Positions 49,861-63,579 of a stretch of DNA of 64,000 nucleotides are shown here, one piece after another; positions within the stretch are counted from its first letter, which is position 1, and each line of letters starts with the position of its first letter. The stretch is from Macrostomum lignano (lineage: Eukaryota), in contig NIVC01001413.1 in NCBI GenBank assembly GCA_002269645.1, positions 1 through 64,000 on the forward strand, read 5' to 3'. A program made the translations under genes and the position numbers. Under the pieces are notes generated by a model. It was given only the letters and a program-made list of their open reading frames with translations. It did no database searches and was not told where the DNA came from.

Positions 49861-50198
49861 CCCGTACAACAATCCGACGTCGCACCGACCTCTGAACCGA
49901 CGTCGTACGACGTCTATGTAACATTACGTGTTTCCTATTGGTCGGACGTCGGGCCGACGTCGAAGTCGTAGTCCAAAAATTTATTTCGCGCTTCTTTAAC
50001 ATTTATTTTCGCGGGATGAACTGGCAAGCAATACTGTTATGCTTAATTTAATTATTTAAGGCGAATAACGTGAATTAAGGCGAATTTAATTTTTCGACTA
50101 CGACTTCGACGTCAGCCCGACGTCCGACCAATAGGAAACACGTAATGTTACATAGACGTCGTACGACGTCGGTCAGATACGTCGGATTGTTGTACGGG
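49861..50198. mobile_element. 338-bp MITE with ~115-130-bp imperfect TIRs and a 3-bp TSD (CTA)
   Basis: CCCGTACAACAATCCGACGT...ACGTCGGATTGTTGTACGGG; CTA at 49858-49860 and 50199-50201; splits a 23-bp satellite unit. Confidence 0.9.
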
Positions 50199-50790
50199 CT
50201 AGGACCTATAGATGGGTGTGTCTAGAATCTCTAGATGGGTGTGTCTAGGATCTATAGATGGGTGTGTCTAGAATCTCTAGATTGGTGTGTCTAGGATCTA
50301 TAGATGGGTGTGTCTAGGATCTCTAGATGGGTGTGTCTATGATATATAGATGGGTGTGTCTAGGATCTCTAGATAGGTGTGTCCTATGATCTCTATATAG
50401 GTGTGTCTAGGATCTATAGATGGGTGTGCAGGATCTCTAGATGGGTATGCAGGATCTCTAGATGGGTGTGTCTAGGATCTATAGATGGGTGTGCAGGATC
50501 TCTAGATGGGTATGCAGGATCTCTAGATGGGTGTGTCTATGATCTCTAGATGGGTGTGTCTAGGATCTCTAGATGTGTGTGTCTAGGATCTCTAGATGGG
50601 TGTGTCTATGATCTCTAGATAGGTGTGTCCTATGATCTCTATATAGGTGTGTCTAGGATCTATAGATGGGTGTGCAGGATCTCTAGATGGGTATGCAGGA
50701 TCTCTAGATGGGTGTGCAGGATCTCTAGATGGGTGTGCAGGATCTATAAATGGGTAGGCAGCATCTATAGATAAATGCCAGGTTCTGTAG
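50199..50790. repeat. ~23-bp intronic minisatellite (first unit at ~49838, split by the MITE)
   Basis: tctagatgggtgtgtctaggatc units. Confidence 0.9.
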
Positions 50791-50973
50791 ATATGTGGTT
50801 TCCAGGGGCCTCTGGTTCTCTAAAAGTCTGGGATGAGATCCATGAAATTCTGGCGGGATTTACTCTGCCCGAGCGGTAATTCCAATAAAACTATAAACTT
50901 AGATAAATGTGAACATTATTTAACTATTTATTAATCTGCCCAACAAGGCCAGAACAGATATCTCATAACTTAC

Positions 50974-51159
50974 CAGTTCGCATCAATTTAGTTGGAGTGG
51001 CGTATTCTTCGAGTATGTTCCATTCAATATCGTCATAGCTACTCATGGTTGCTGCGCGTTTACGAGCAGAGACAGTGGCATTGTCATTCGACTCAGGTGA
51101 CCAGGTTGTTCCGGTGAGCTCGGTCCTCTGCACCAGCTGATTGACTAAGCTGTTCGAAT
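50974..51159 (-). CDS. PLD-like gene, middle exon
   Basis: caatttag|51159, g|gtaagt 50973; 186 nt, phase 1-1, open and in frame with the terminal exon. Confidence 0.6.
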
Positions 51160-51289
51160 CTAAATTGTAATAATTCATTTATTCATGTAAGGATTGTTTG
51201 ATTTATTGAATAATCTTTCAGTTTACTAGTACTAATTCCTTTATTGATTGTTTATCCCTTCATTGATTACTTCATATACCAATTGATCG

Positions 51290-52060
51290 ATCGATTGATT
51301 AATTGCTAGACTGATTGATTGATTGATTGATTGATTGCTGGGTTAGATCGATCGATTGACTGATTGGTTGATTGATTGATTGATAGATTGATTGCTGGGT
51401 TTCATTAATTGATTGACTGATTGATTGATTGATTGATTGATTGACTGATTGATTGATTGACTGATTGATTGCTGGGTTGATTGATTGATTGCTGGGTTTC
51501 ATTGATTAATTGCTGGGTTTCATTGATTGATTGACTGATTGATTGATTGACTGATTGATTGATTGACTGATTGATTGACTGACTGATTGATTGACTGATT
51601 GATTGATTGACTGATTGATTGCTGGGTTGATTGATTGATTGCTGGGTTTCATTGATTAATTGCTGGGTTTCATTGATTGATTGACTGATTGATTGATTGA
51701 TTGATTGACTGATTGATTGATTGACTGATTGATTGCTGGGTTGATTGATTGATTGATTGATTGATTGACTGATTGATTGATTGCTGGGTTTCATTGATTG
51801 ATTGCTGGGTTTCATTGATTGATTGACTGATTGATTGATTGACTGATTGATTGATTGACTGATTGATTGACTGACTGACTGATTGATTGACTGATTGATT
51901 GATTGACTGATTGATTGCTGGGTTGATTGATTGATTGATTGATTGATTGACTGATTGATTGATTGCTGGGTTTCATTGATTGATTGACTGATTGATTGAC
52001 TGACTGATTGATTGATTGCTTGATTGCTGGTCTGATTGATTGCTTGATTCATTTACTCGT
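51290..52060. repeat. (GATT)n compound microsatellite
   Basis: gatt/gact runs punctuated by gctgggtt. Confidence 0.95.
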
Positions 52061-52878
52061 TAATTCATTCATTGCTTGCCTGAAAGGAACCGATATCATT
52101 TCAAAGAGCTAACGTTTGGAACAAAATTTCGAGAGGCATCGAGAATCCCTAATTAAACATTGGAACCGAGAAAAATATTTTTTTGTACACGACGGCAAAA
52201 ATTTCGAGTGACCTTATAGCCTGGTAAAGTACCGGTCATTTATAAAATGCTACTTAGAAGTAGAGTAATACAAACACTCGCTGTATAACAAAATAATAAA
52301 TCGTTATGAAAAAACAATCAAACAATTAATAAACAACGAATTACCGAAAGTAGAGTTACAGCTAGGCTAGGCTGCTTATTAAAAAACCAATTTCCGTTGA
52401 ATTTTTAGTTCCGATACCCCTAAGAGGTTCATTGATTTGATTATTGATTGAACCTAATCACGATACCCTAGACGCCTAGAGTAACAGGATTTAGTTACTC
52501 AGTTATTCAGATTCAGTTATTCAGAGAAAGATGCCCTTTCTGGAGGACCTAATTGGTATTATGGTAAATTGATAACATTATTAGACCGCATCCTAGTTGT
52601 GTTTTCGAACTTTCGAGCTCGGGTAATAGTAAAAGCTCCCACGAATTGAATTGTTTTGTATAAACTACAGTTGCTCTTGTAAGTACGGAGTCTGTAACCA
52701 TAAGTGATCACTAAAATTTGTTCTCAGACTTGCGGTCTAAAGTCTCTCCTCTCTCACTCTCTCTGTCTCTCTCCTCTCTCTTTCTCTCTCCCCTCTCTCT
52801 CTCTCTGTCTCCCTCTCTAATGTAATAATTCACATCAAAATTGACAAATAAAAAAGCAAGCAATCAACAACACTTTAC

Positions 52879-52918
52879 CTGTCGAATTGTCCAGATTTTC
52901 CCGTCGAGTTTGAGACAT
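52879..52918 (-). CDS. PLD-like gene, putative first coding exon (MSQTRRENLDNST)
   Basis: ATG at 52918 after a long pyrimidine tract plus AAAG; donor ag|gtaaag, phase 1. Confidence 0.4.
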
Positions 52919-53684
52919 GCTTCTTTTAAAACAGAGGAACAAGAAAAGTAGAAGATTAACGGAGAACAAGCGAAGAGCCGGCTTGCAAGAAGTTTCTTGA
53001 ACAGAGAGGAGCGTCTGGCTTATCCTTATATACCTGGAATTAAGGCATTCCTTCACTGGGGGGGGGGGCGGGTGGATCCAGAGAGGGAGAGAGAAAATGG
53101 GATTGACAATGTACATATCAATAGAACTTGCTGGCTCCTGCATGTGCTGCTTCAGGACTGTATCCGCAAACTGTCAAGGTAGGCCCCCACACCCTCCTGA
53201 GATAGACACGGAGTCACCCTCCACCCATGCGATGACTCATAATTTTTTCGAATATAAATCTGTGCACACACGGTGGATCTGCTCGCTATAACGCTGGGCC
53301 CGCATCACCATTTGTTAGAACTGTCTGAGTCATAACCCCAACCTTCCAACACTTCCAATGGTAGATTAGATAACACTGCCCCGGAGTCGTGAAATGGCTG
53401 AATATGAATAAGGGATGAGGCCCATATTAGTTTAGCTAATTTTAGACATCTACTAGCAATCAGCGCCCCCCGTTGGGGAGCCAAAAAATACAGCACAAGT
53501 TTTTTAATAAACTACATATAAGCGTCTCTTTGCATTATACCTCAGCAAACCCTTGTAAGCCTTGACATGCCAGCAATTCCTCCCCCCCCCACAAGCCTTA
53601 GCATATCAACTCCCCCTTGACATCTTAGCAATTCCCCCCATAAGCCTTGAAATCTTAAAAAATCTGTTAACCTTCTAAACCTAA

Positions 53685-53720
53685 CCCTAACCCTAACCCT
53701 AACCCTAACCCTAACCCTAA
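53685..53720. repeat. Interstitial (CCCTAA)6 telomere-type repeat
   Basis: Six perfect CCCTAA units. Confidence 0.85.
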
Positions 53721-54539
53721 AGCATTGACATTTCAGTAATTCTCTCCGAGAGTCATTATAGCACTACAGCATTATAGCGATTCCCTGCAAGCCTCGACAT
53801 CGTAGGGATTCCCAAATGAATCTCTTAACTTCGACATGAAGCTTCTTTTATTTTTTACATTACACTTTATCTATCAGCGATCCTTCCCGTGAAGAGCCAA
53901 TAAATAATGAAAACATTTTTCAATAAACTACATCATCTACATGTAGCTTGTGAATTTAGCCTTGACATCTCGGTTATTCCCCCGTGAGCCTTGACATCTC
54001 AGCTATTCCCCCCGTAAGCCTTGTCATGTTAGCGATGCCCCCCATAAACCTTGATATCTGAAAAATCCCCTGTTAATCTTGAAACCCGCTAAAATCTAAC
54101 CATCAACCCAAACCTGACCTAAACCTAACTTTAACCCAACCTAAAGCCTTAAATCTCAGCAATTCTTCTCCCCTAAGCCTTGACATTTTAGTGATTCCTT
54201 ATTTAAGAATCACAGCACCATAGCGATTCCCTCCAAGCCTTGGCATCGTAGCAATTCCCAAATGAATCTTTTAACTTTGACATAATGACTCTTCTTTTAT
54301 GTATACATAGTGCTTCTTTTCTTTTTACATGACTCTTCTTCTATCAGCGCCCCCTCCCCCGTAGCGAGCCAACAAAGAATGTAATAAAAAATTAAGTAAA
54401 CTACATGTACTTTGAAGTAGCTTCTGACGTTTGCTACTTTGCTTCTCTGGCATCTCAGAAACCGCCTCCCCAAAATCTCAGTTATTCTCCGTGAGCCTTG
54501 ACATCTTAGTAATTCTCCCCAGCACAGCACAATAGCTTC

Positions 54540-57500
54540 TTTTAATTTTTACATGACACTTCTTTCATGTCTGACATGACGCTTCTTTTATTCTTCCATG
54601 ACGCTTCTATGATTTCTCAAATGACACTTCCATTAGTTTTTATATGAGGCTTCTATGATCTTTTGATGACGCTTCTATGATTGTTTACATGACGCTTCTA
54701 TGATTGTTTGCATGACGCTTTTATGATTTTTACATGACGCTTCTATAATTGTTTGCATGACGCTTCTATGATTTTTACATGACGATTCTATGATTGTTTA
54801 CATGACGCTTCTATGATTGTTTACATGACGCTTCTATGATTTTTACATGACACTTCTATGATTGTTTACATGACGCTTCTATGATTGTTTGCATGACGCT
54901 TCTATGATTTTTTCATGACGCTTTTATGATTGTTTACATGACGCTTCTATGATTTTTACATGACGCTTCTATGATTGCTACAAGACGCTTCTATGATTTT
55001 TTGCATGACGCTTCTATGATTTTTTCATGTCGCTTCTATGATTTTTACATGACGCTTCTATGATTGTTTACAAGACGCTTCTATAATTTTTTACATGACG
55101 CTTCTATGATTTTTATATGACGCTTCTACGATTTTTTACATGACGCTTCTATGATTGTTTACATGACGCTTCTATGATTTTTTACATGACGCTTCTATGA
55201 TTGTTTACATGACGCTTCTATGATTTTTTACATGACGCTTCTATGATTGTTTACATGACGCTTCTATGATTGTTTACATGACGCTTCTATGATTTTTACA
55301 TGACGCTTCTATGATTTTTTTCATGACGCTTCTATGATTTTTACATGACGCTTCTACGATTGTTTGCCTGACGCTTCTATGATTGTTTGCATGACGCTTC
55401 TATGATTGTTTGCATGACGCTTTTATGATTTTTACATGACGCTTCTATAATTGTTTGCATGACGCTTCTATGATTGTTTCATGACGCTTCTATGATTGTT
55501 TACATGACGCTTCTATGATTGTTTACATGACGCTTCTATGATTTTTACATGACACTTCTATGATTGTTTACATGACGCTTCTAAGATTGTTTGCATGACG
55601 CTTCTATGATTTTTTCATGACGCTTTTATGATTGTTTACATGACGCTTCTATGATTTTTACATGACGCTTCTATGATTGCTACAAGACGCTTCTATGATT
55701 TTTTGCATGACGCTTCTATGATTTTTTCATGTCGCTTCTATGATTTTTACATGACGCTTCTATGATTGTTTACAAGACGCTTCTATAATTTTTTACATGA
55801 CGCTTCTATGATTTTTATATGACGCTTCTACGATTTTTTACATGACGCTTCTATGATTGTTTACATGACGCTTCTATGATTTTTTACATGACGCTTCTAT
55901 GATTGTTTACATGACGCTTCTATGATTTTTTACATGACGCTTCTATGATTGTTTACATGACGCTTCTATGATTGTTTACATGACGCTTCTATGATTTTTA
56001 CATGACGCTTCTATGATTTTTTTCATGACGCTTCTATGATTTTTACATGACGCTTCTACGATTGTTTGCCTGACGCTTCTATGATTGTTTGCATGACGCT
56101 TCTATGATTGTTTACATGACGCTTCTATGATTTTTACATGACGCTTCTATGATTGTTTACATGACGCTTCTATGATTGTTTATATGACGCTTCTTTGATT
56201 TTTACATGACGCTTCTATGATTGTTTACATGACGCTTCTATGATTTTTTACATGACGCTTCTATGATTGTTTACATGACGCTTCTATGATTGTTTACATG
56301 ACGCTTCTATGATTTTTTTAAAAGACGCTTCTATGATTTTTACATGACGCTTCTATGATTTTTACATGACGCTTCTATGATTGTTTATATGACGCTTCTT
56401 TGATTTTTACATGACGCTTCTATGATTGTTTACATGACGCTTCTATGATTTTTTACATGACGCTTCTATGATTGTTTACATGACGCTTCTATGATTGTTT
56501 ACATGACGCTTCTATGATTTTTTTAAAAGACGCTTCTATGATTTTTACATGACGCTTCTATGATTTTTACATGACGCTTCTATGATTTTTTACATGACGC
56601 TTTTATTATTTTTACATGACGCTTCTATGATTTTTTCATGACGCTTTTATGATTGTTTACATGACGCTTCTATGATTGTTTACATGACGCTTCTATGATT
56701 GTTTACATGACGCTTCAGTGATTGTTTACATGACGCTTCTATGATTTTTTACATGACGCTTCTATGATTGTTTACATGACGCTTCTATGATTGTTTACAT
56801 GACGCTTCAGTGATTGTTTACATGACGCTTCTATGATTTTTTACATGACGCTTCTATGATTGTTTACATGACGCTTCTATGATTTTTTACATGACGCTTC
56901 TATGATTGTTTACATGACGCTTCTATGATTGTTTATATGACGCTTCTATGATTTTTTTAAAAGACGCTTCTATGATTGTTTATATGACGCTTCTATGATT
57001 TTTTTAAATGACGCTTCAATGATTGTTAACATGACGCTTCTATGATTGTTTACATGACGCTTCTATGATTTTTACATGACGCTTCTATGATTGTTTACAT
57101 GACGCTTCTATGATTGTTTATATGACGCTTCTTTGATTTTTACATGACGCTTCTATGATTGTTTACATGACGCTTCTATGATTTTTTACATGACGCTTCT
57201 ATGATTGTTTACATGACGCTTCTATGATTGTTTACATGACGCTTCTATGATTTTTTTAAAAGACGCTTCTATGATTTTTACATGACGCTTCTATGATTTT
57301 TACATGACGCTTCTATGATTGTTTATATGACGCTTCTTTGATTTTTACATGACGCTTCTATGATTGTTTACATGACGCTTCTATGATTTTTTACATGACG
57401 CTTCTATGATTGTTTACATGACGCTTCTATGATTGTTTACATGACGCTTCTATGATTTTTTTAAAAGACGCTTCTATGATTTTTACATGACGCTTCTATG

Positions 57501-58340
57501 ATTTTTACATGACGCTTCTATGATTTTTTACATGACGCTTTTATTATTTTTACATGACGCTTCTATGATTTTTTCATGACGCTTTTATGATTGTTTACAT
57601 GACGCTTCTATGATTGTTTACATGACGCTTCTATGATTGTTTACATGACGCTTCAGTGATTGTTTACATGACGCTTCTATGATTTTTTACATGACGCTTC
57701 TATGATTGTTTACATGACGCTTCTATGATTGTTTACATGACGCTTCAGTGATTGTTTACATGACGCTTCTATGATTTTTTACATGACGCTTCTATGATTG
57801 TTTACATGACGCTTCTATGATTTTTTACATGACGCTTCTATGATTGTTTACATGACGCTTCTATGATTGTTTATATGACGCTTCTATGATTTTTTTAAAA
57901 GACGCTTCTATGATTGTTTATATGACGCTTCTATGATTTTTTTAAATGACGCTTCAATGATTGTTTACATGACGCTTCTATGATTGTTTACATGACGCTT
58001 CTATGATTGTTTACATGACGCTTCAGTGATTGTTTACATGACGCTTGTATGATTTTTTACATGACGCTTCTATGATTGTTTACATGACGCTTCTATGATT
58101 TTTTACATGACGCTTCTATGATTGTTTACATGACGCTTCTATGATTGTTTATATGACGCTTCTATGATTTTTTTAAAAGACGCTTCTATGATTGTTTATA
58201 TGACGCTTCTATGATTTTTTTAAATGACGCTTCTATGATTTTTTACATGACGCTTCTATGATTTTTTACATGACGCTTTTATGATTGTTTACATGACGCT
58301 TCAGTGATTGTTTATATGACGCTTCGATGATTTTTTACAT
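54540..58340. repeat. 3.8-kb ~23-24-bp satellite
   Basis: ttctatgattgtttacatgacgc units with higher-order block duplications. Confidence 0.95.
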
Positions 58341-58988
58341 GACGCTTCTTCTCTGCATTTTCAATTCAAGTCGGAGTTACAATTCAGTTATGATGCAATC
58401 TATTTCAGAATCAGAATTCAACCAGTCAGTTTTTTCTCTAGCATTCTTACAATGCATTTCAAGTCGAAAAGTTTGCTTGACCTTTGCAAAAAAGCATGTT
58501 TTTCGAATATTTAATGCCTTTAGCATCGAGAAATTTCTTAGCCACGATGCATGTACCGTCACGGGAAAATTTCTGATCGAACAGTGCAAGTCTCATAAAA
58601 ATCGGTTAAGCCATTTTTTCTCTAATCGATTACAAGCAAGCAAGATTTTCATTTTTAGTATATTGGATAATGAAATAACCATGGCTTAGAAACTTTCCAG
58701 AGACTCCAGGAGCGATCAGCGATTTCAGGCATCTTGGTCTCCTCCCTTCGGTGCCTCCGATTTTAGCTTTCAAAATAGTATTCTGTTTTGTCCCAAACTT
58801 TTCATGATCAAAAGTTTCATTCAAATTCAAAATTCAAACGGAGCACCCATTGAGAAAATAAGAAAATACTTGACCCACTTCCAATTAGAATTTTTCGATC
58901 AGCAAAAGTAAGAATGGCCGCCAAAAATTAATTTTTTTAAACAGCTCATCTGAAAAATAACGGCCAGACGGTTCTCTAAAAATCATTT

Positions 58989-59965
<977 letters not shown>

Positions 59966-60295
59966 GAACGCAAAATTAGTATATAGAAGATTTAGTATAT
60001 TTAGAGGTGTGTTATATCAATAATTATAGTTGTATAGTTAGTCATTTGGTTTTAAGTTTTTTGTCTAATGAATTGCATGTAAATGAAATTTTATTAAGTA
60101 ATCCACATATACTAAATATCTAAAGTCTGTTAAGTAATATTAGCTAAACTTCAAATATTTAACGACAACTAAGATATGAAAAAATATTTGAATAATAACA
60201 GTCGTTACGATTTTGGTACAACAAGCATTCATCTACGCGTACCAGTTTATTAACAAAGCAAAACATTTCTTCCTACTAAGACTAACCCTAACTCA

Positions 60296-60450
60296 GGGGC
60301 GTCGCCACCAGGAAGGACAGGGCGGACATGCCCCCCCCCCAGTAAAGCTATGGGGGGGGCATGTCAATGCTTTGTCCCCCCGCGCCCCACCTTGCGACCC
60401 GTTATGGAAATCAAAAAGTTTGCCTCATGGCGCAAAATGAGTGCCTGTGG
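60296..60450 (+). mobile_element. hAT-like MITE end fragment (related copy on - strand at ~47600-47816)
   Basis: Both start CAGGGGCGTCGCCA and share aaaatgagtgcctg-like motifs; 14-bp internal inverted repeat 60325-60365. Confidence 0.35.
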
Positions 60451-60607
60451 GGCTGGATGTGGGATAATATCGCCGAAGGCGGCGTTGCGCCAGGATGCCG
60501 GCAGAACTGCAACTATTTTCATTAATATTATTGTTATAGTTATAGCCTCAGTTCGTGGCCTCAGTGCTTTTACCCCTGAGCTACTCTGCTTCCACATAAT
60601 GTGTAAA

Positions 60608-60816
60608 TTAGTCTAATCCAGCATTTAACGGTTCGCATTCGTCATCGCGACCTTCATCGTCGTTTTCGCGGTCGCAGTCAGCTGAGGTCAACAGTTCGAC
60701 AGATCGCAGCTGACGAATCTTCAGGATACCGCAGAACAGCAGGAGCTGGGTGAGGTACAGAGCTCCGGACACTAGCCAGACATCCGCGAAGTTTTTTCTG
60801 GTATCGTAGATTAGGC
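60608..60816 (-). CDS. MFS transporter terminal exon
   Basis: ccttcag|60816; GLIYDTRKNFADVWLVSGALY resembles MCT-family G.LYD..GSY..AF..AG; TAG at 60608. Confidence 0.75.
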
Positions 60817-60939
60817 CTGAAGGGTTGGTGCAGTTTCTATTGTCCATTTGGTTTGTTATAATGCTTCTGTATACGGGCTTGCGAAGCTTGCTTGTCAAAG
60901 TTTTGCGAGGAAATTTTCTGTGAGTTCTGTAAAGTATTC

Positions 60940-61480
60940 GAGTCTGTGGAGTCTGTGGAGTCTGTGCAGTCTGTGCAGTCTGTGGAGTTTGTGAAGTCTG
61001 TTGAGTTTGTGGAATTTGTGGAGTCTGTTGAGTCTGGGGAGTCTGTGGAGTTTGTGGAGTTTGTGGAGTCTGTGGAGTCTGTGGAGTCTGTGGAGTCTGT
61101 GGAGTCTGTTGAGTCTGTTGAGTCTGGGGAGTCTGTGGAGTTTGTGGAGTTTGTGGAGTCTGTGGAGTCTGTGGAGTCTGTTGAGTTTGTGGAGTCTGTG
61201 GAGTCTGTTGAGTCTGGGGAGTCTGTGGAGTTTGTGGAGTTTGTGGAGTCTGTGGAGTCTGTGGAGTTTGTTGAGTCTGGGGAGTCTGTGGAGTCTGGGG
61301 AGTCTGTGGAGTCTGTGGAGTCTGTGGAGTCTGTGGAGTCTGGGGAGTCTGTGGAGTCTGGGGAGTCTGTGGAGTCTGTGGAGTCTGTGGAGTCTGTGGA
61401 GTTTGTGGAGTCTGTGGAGTCTGTAGAGTCTGTGGAGTCTGTGGAGTCTATGGAGTCTGTGGAGTCTGTGAAGTCTGTGG
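60940..61480. repeat. 9-bp intronic minisatellite
   Basis: gagtctgtg units. Confidence 0.95.
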
Positions 61481-61604
61481 CTATGTATGGAATTCATTTA
61501 CTTAAAACCGGAATAAAAAATCCTCACCTCTCAGAAAATCGATAAGCAGCATTATTAATTGCAGTAAAACCTTAGTAAGCTCAACTTCAGCTTTTACAAC
61601 TCAC

Positions 61605-61745
61605 CAGAGAACAGCGGGCCAACAAGAATGCCAAAACCGGACCACATGTTGGTTGCTGACCAGGCAACGTCTATTGGTAATTTTGTCACTTCGCCTGAGG
61701 CTGCGTACTGGTAAACAATTGAGAGGCCTAGTAGAGCGCCTAGGG
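61605..61745 (-). CDS. MFS transporter exon
   Basis: caaaag|61745, g|gtgagt; 141 nt, phase 1-1; GFGILVGPLFSG. Confidence 0.75.
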
Positions 61746-61779
61746 CTTTTGGTGAAAAAATATGCGATTTGAGATCGAT

Positions 61780-63035
61780 TTGAACTGTCACTCGCTACCT
61801 CAACTGTCACTCGCTACCTCAAGTGTCACTCGCTACCTCAAGTTTCACTGGCTACCTCAACTGTCACTCGCTACCTCAACTGTCACTCGCTACCTCAATT
61901 GTCACTCGCTACCTCAACTGTCTCTCGCTACCTCAATTGTCACTCGCTACCTCAACTGTCACTCGCTACCTCAACTGTCACTCGCTACCTCAACTGTCAC
62001 TCGCTACCCCCACTCGCTACCTCAACTGTCACTCGCTACCTCAACTGTCACTCGCTACCTCAAGTGTCACTCGCTACCCCAACTGTCACTCGCTACCTCA
62101 AGTGTCACTCGCTACCTCAAGTGTCACTCGCTACCTCAAGTGTCACTCGCTGCCTCAATTGTCACTCGCTACCTCAACTGTCTCTCGCTACCTCAATTGT
62201 CACTCGCTACCTCAACTGTCACTCGCTACCTCAACTGTCACTCGCTACCTCAACTGTCACTCGCTACCCCCACTCGCTACCTCAACTGTCACTCGCTACC
62301 TCAAGTGTCACTCGCTACCTCAAGTGTCACTCGATCGCTACCTCAACTGTCACTCGCTACCTCAATTATCACTCGCTGCCTCAAGTGTCACTCGCTACCT
62401 CAACTGTCACTCGCTACCTCAATTATCACTCGCTGCCTCAAGTTTCACTCGCTACCTCAACTGTCACTCGCTACCTCAAGTGTCACTCGCTACCTCAATT
62501 GTCACTGGCTACCTCAACTGTCACTCGCTACCTCAACTGTCACTCGCTACCTCAATTGTCACTCGCTACCTCAACTGTCTCTCGCTACCTCAACTGTCAC
62601 TCGCTACCTCAACTGTCACTCGCTACCTCAACTGTCACTCGCTACCTCAATTGTCACTCGCTACCTCAACTGTCTCTCGCTACCTCAACTGTCACTCGCT
62701 ACCTCAACTGTCACTCGCTACCTCAACTGTCACTCGCTACCTCAATTATCACTCGCTGCCTCAACTGTCACTCGCCACCTCAACTGTCACTCGCTACCTC
62801 AACTGTCACTCGCTACCTCAACTGTCACTCGCTACCTCAAGTGTCACTCGCTACCCCAACTGTCACTCGCTACCTCAAGTGTCACTCGCTACCTCAAGTG
62901 TCACTCGATCGCTACCTCAACTGTCACTCGCTACCTCAATTGTCACTCACTACCTCAACTGTCACTCGCTACCTCAACTGTCACTCGCTACCTCAAGTGT
63001 CACTCGCTACCCCAACTGTCATTCGCTACCTCAAG
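61780..63035. repeat. 19-bp intronic minisatellite
   Basis: tgtcactcgctacctcaac units. Confidence 0.95.
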
Positions 63036-63140
63036 GGTCGTGACCAAGGTTCGTAGCGCGAGATTCAGACGCGTCTACCGCTGTCCCACTGCCTTAAAAC
63101 GTTTTCCCATGTTTAAAAAATCTGTCCAATAAGAACCAAC

Positions 63141-63369
63141 CCATGGAGCAAGCCAGTATTTCTGCGAATCCATCGTCAATAAACGGCCACGCAAAGCTCA
63201 GCACGCACAGACCAGCTGAGGAGATGACATTGACAACCACCAGGTGACCCTTCAGTCGATCGCCTAGCACGGAACCGGAAATGTAGGTGACGCATTCCGC
63301 CAGGGATAACGCTGCCACTACCCATTTCGAGTCGGCGAGACCGATGCCCTTCTGCTGCATATAGTAGGC
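63141..63369 (-). CDS. MFS transporter (SLC16/MCT-like) exon
   Basis: ttctaag|63369, g|gttggt. KWVVAALSLAECVTYISGSVLGDRLKGH...: transmembrane helices with the MFS G-x-L-x-D-R loop motif. Confidence 0.75.
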
Positions 63370-63579
63370 CTTAGAAAATATCGTTAGTGGTTTTATGGTT
63401 TCTGTGCGAATCTCAGCGCCATAGAGTGCAAAGTCAATTTCATAAATGCCCAATATTTTGCAAATATTTATTGTAGTCTTTTAAACTTGAATATTCCTGT
63501 GTCTTTAAGATCTTCAATTCTTGAAAGAGACATCCCAGTGGTCCTTGAAGTGAACATCCTTGTATCTTTGAATTATTGG

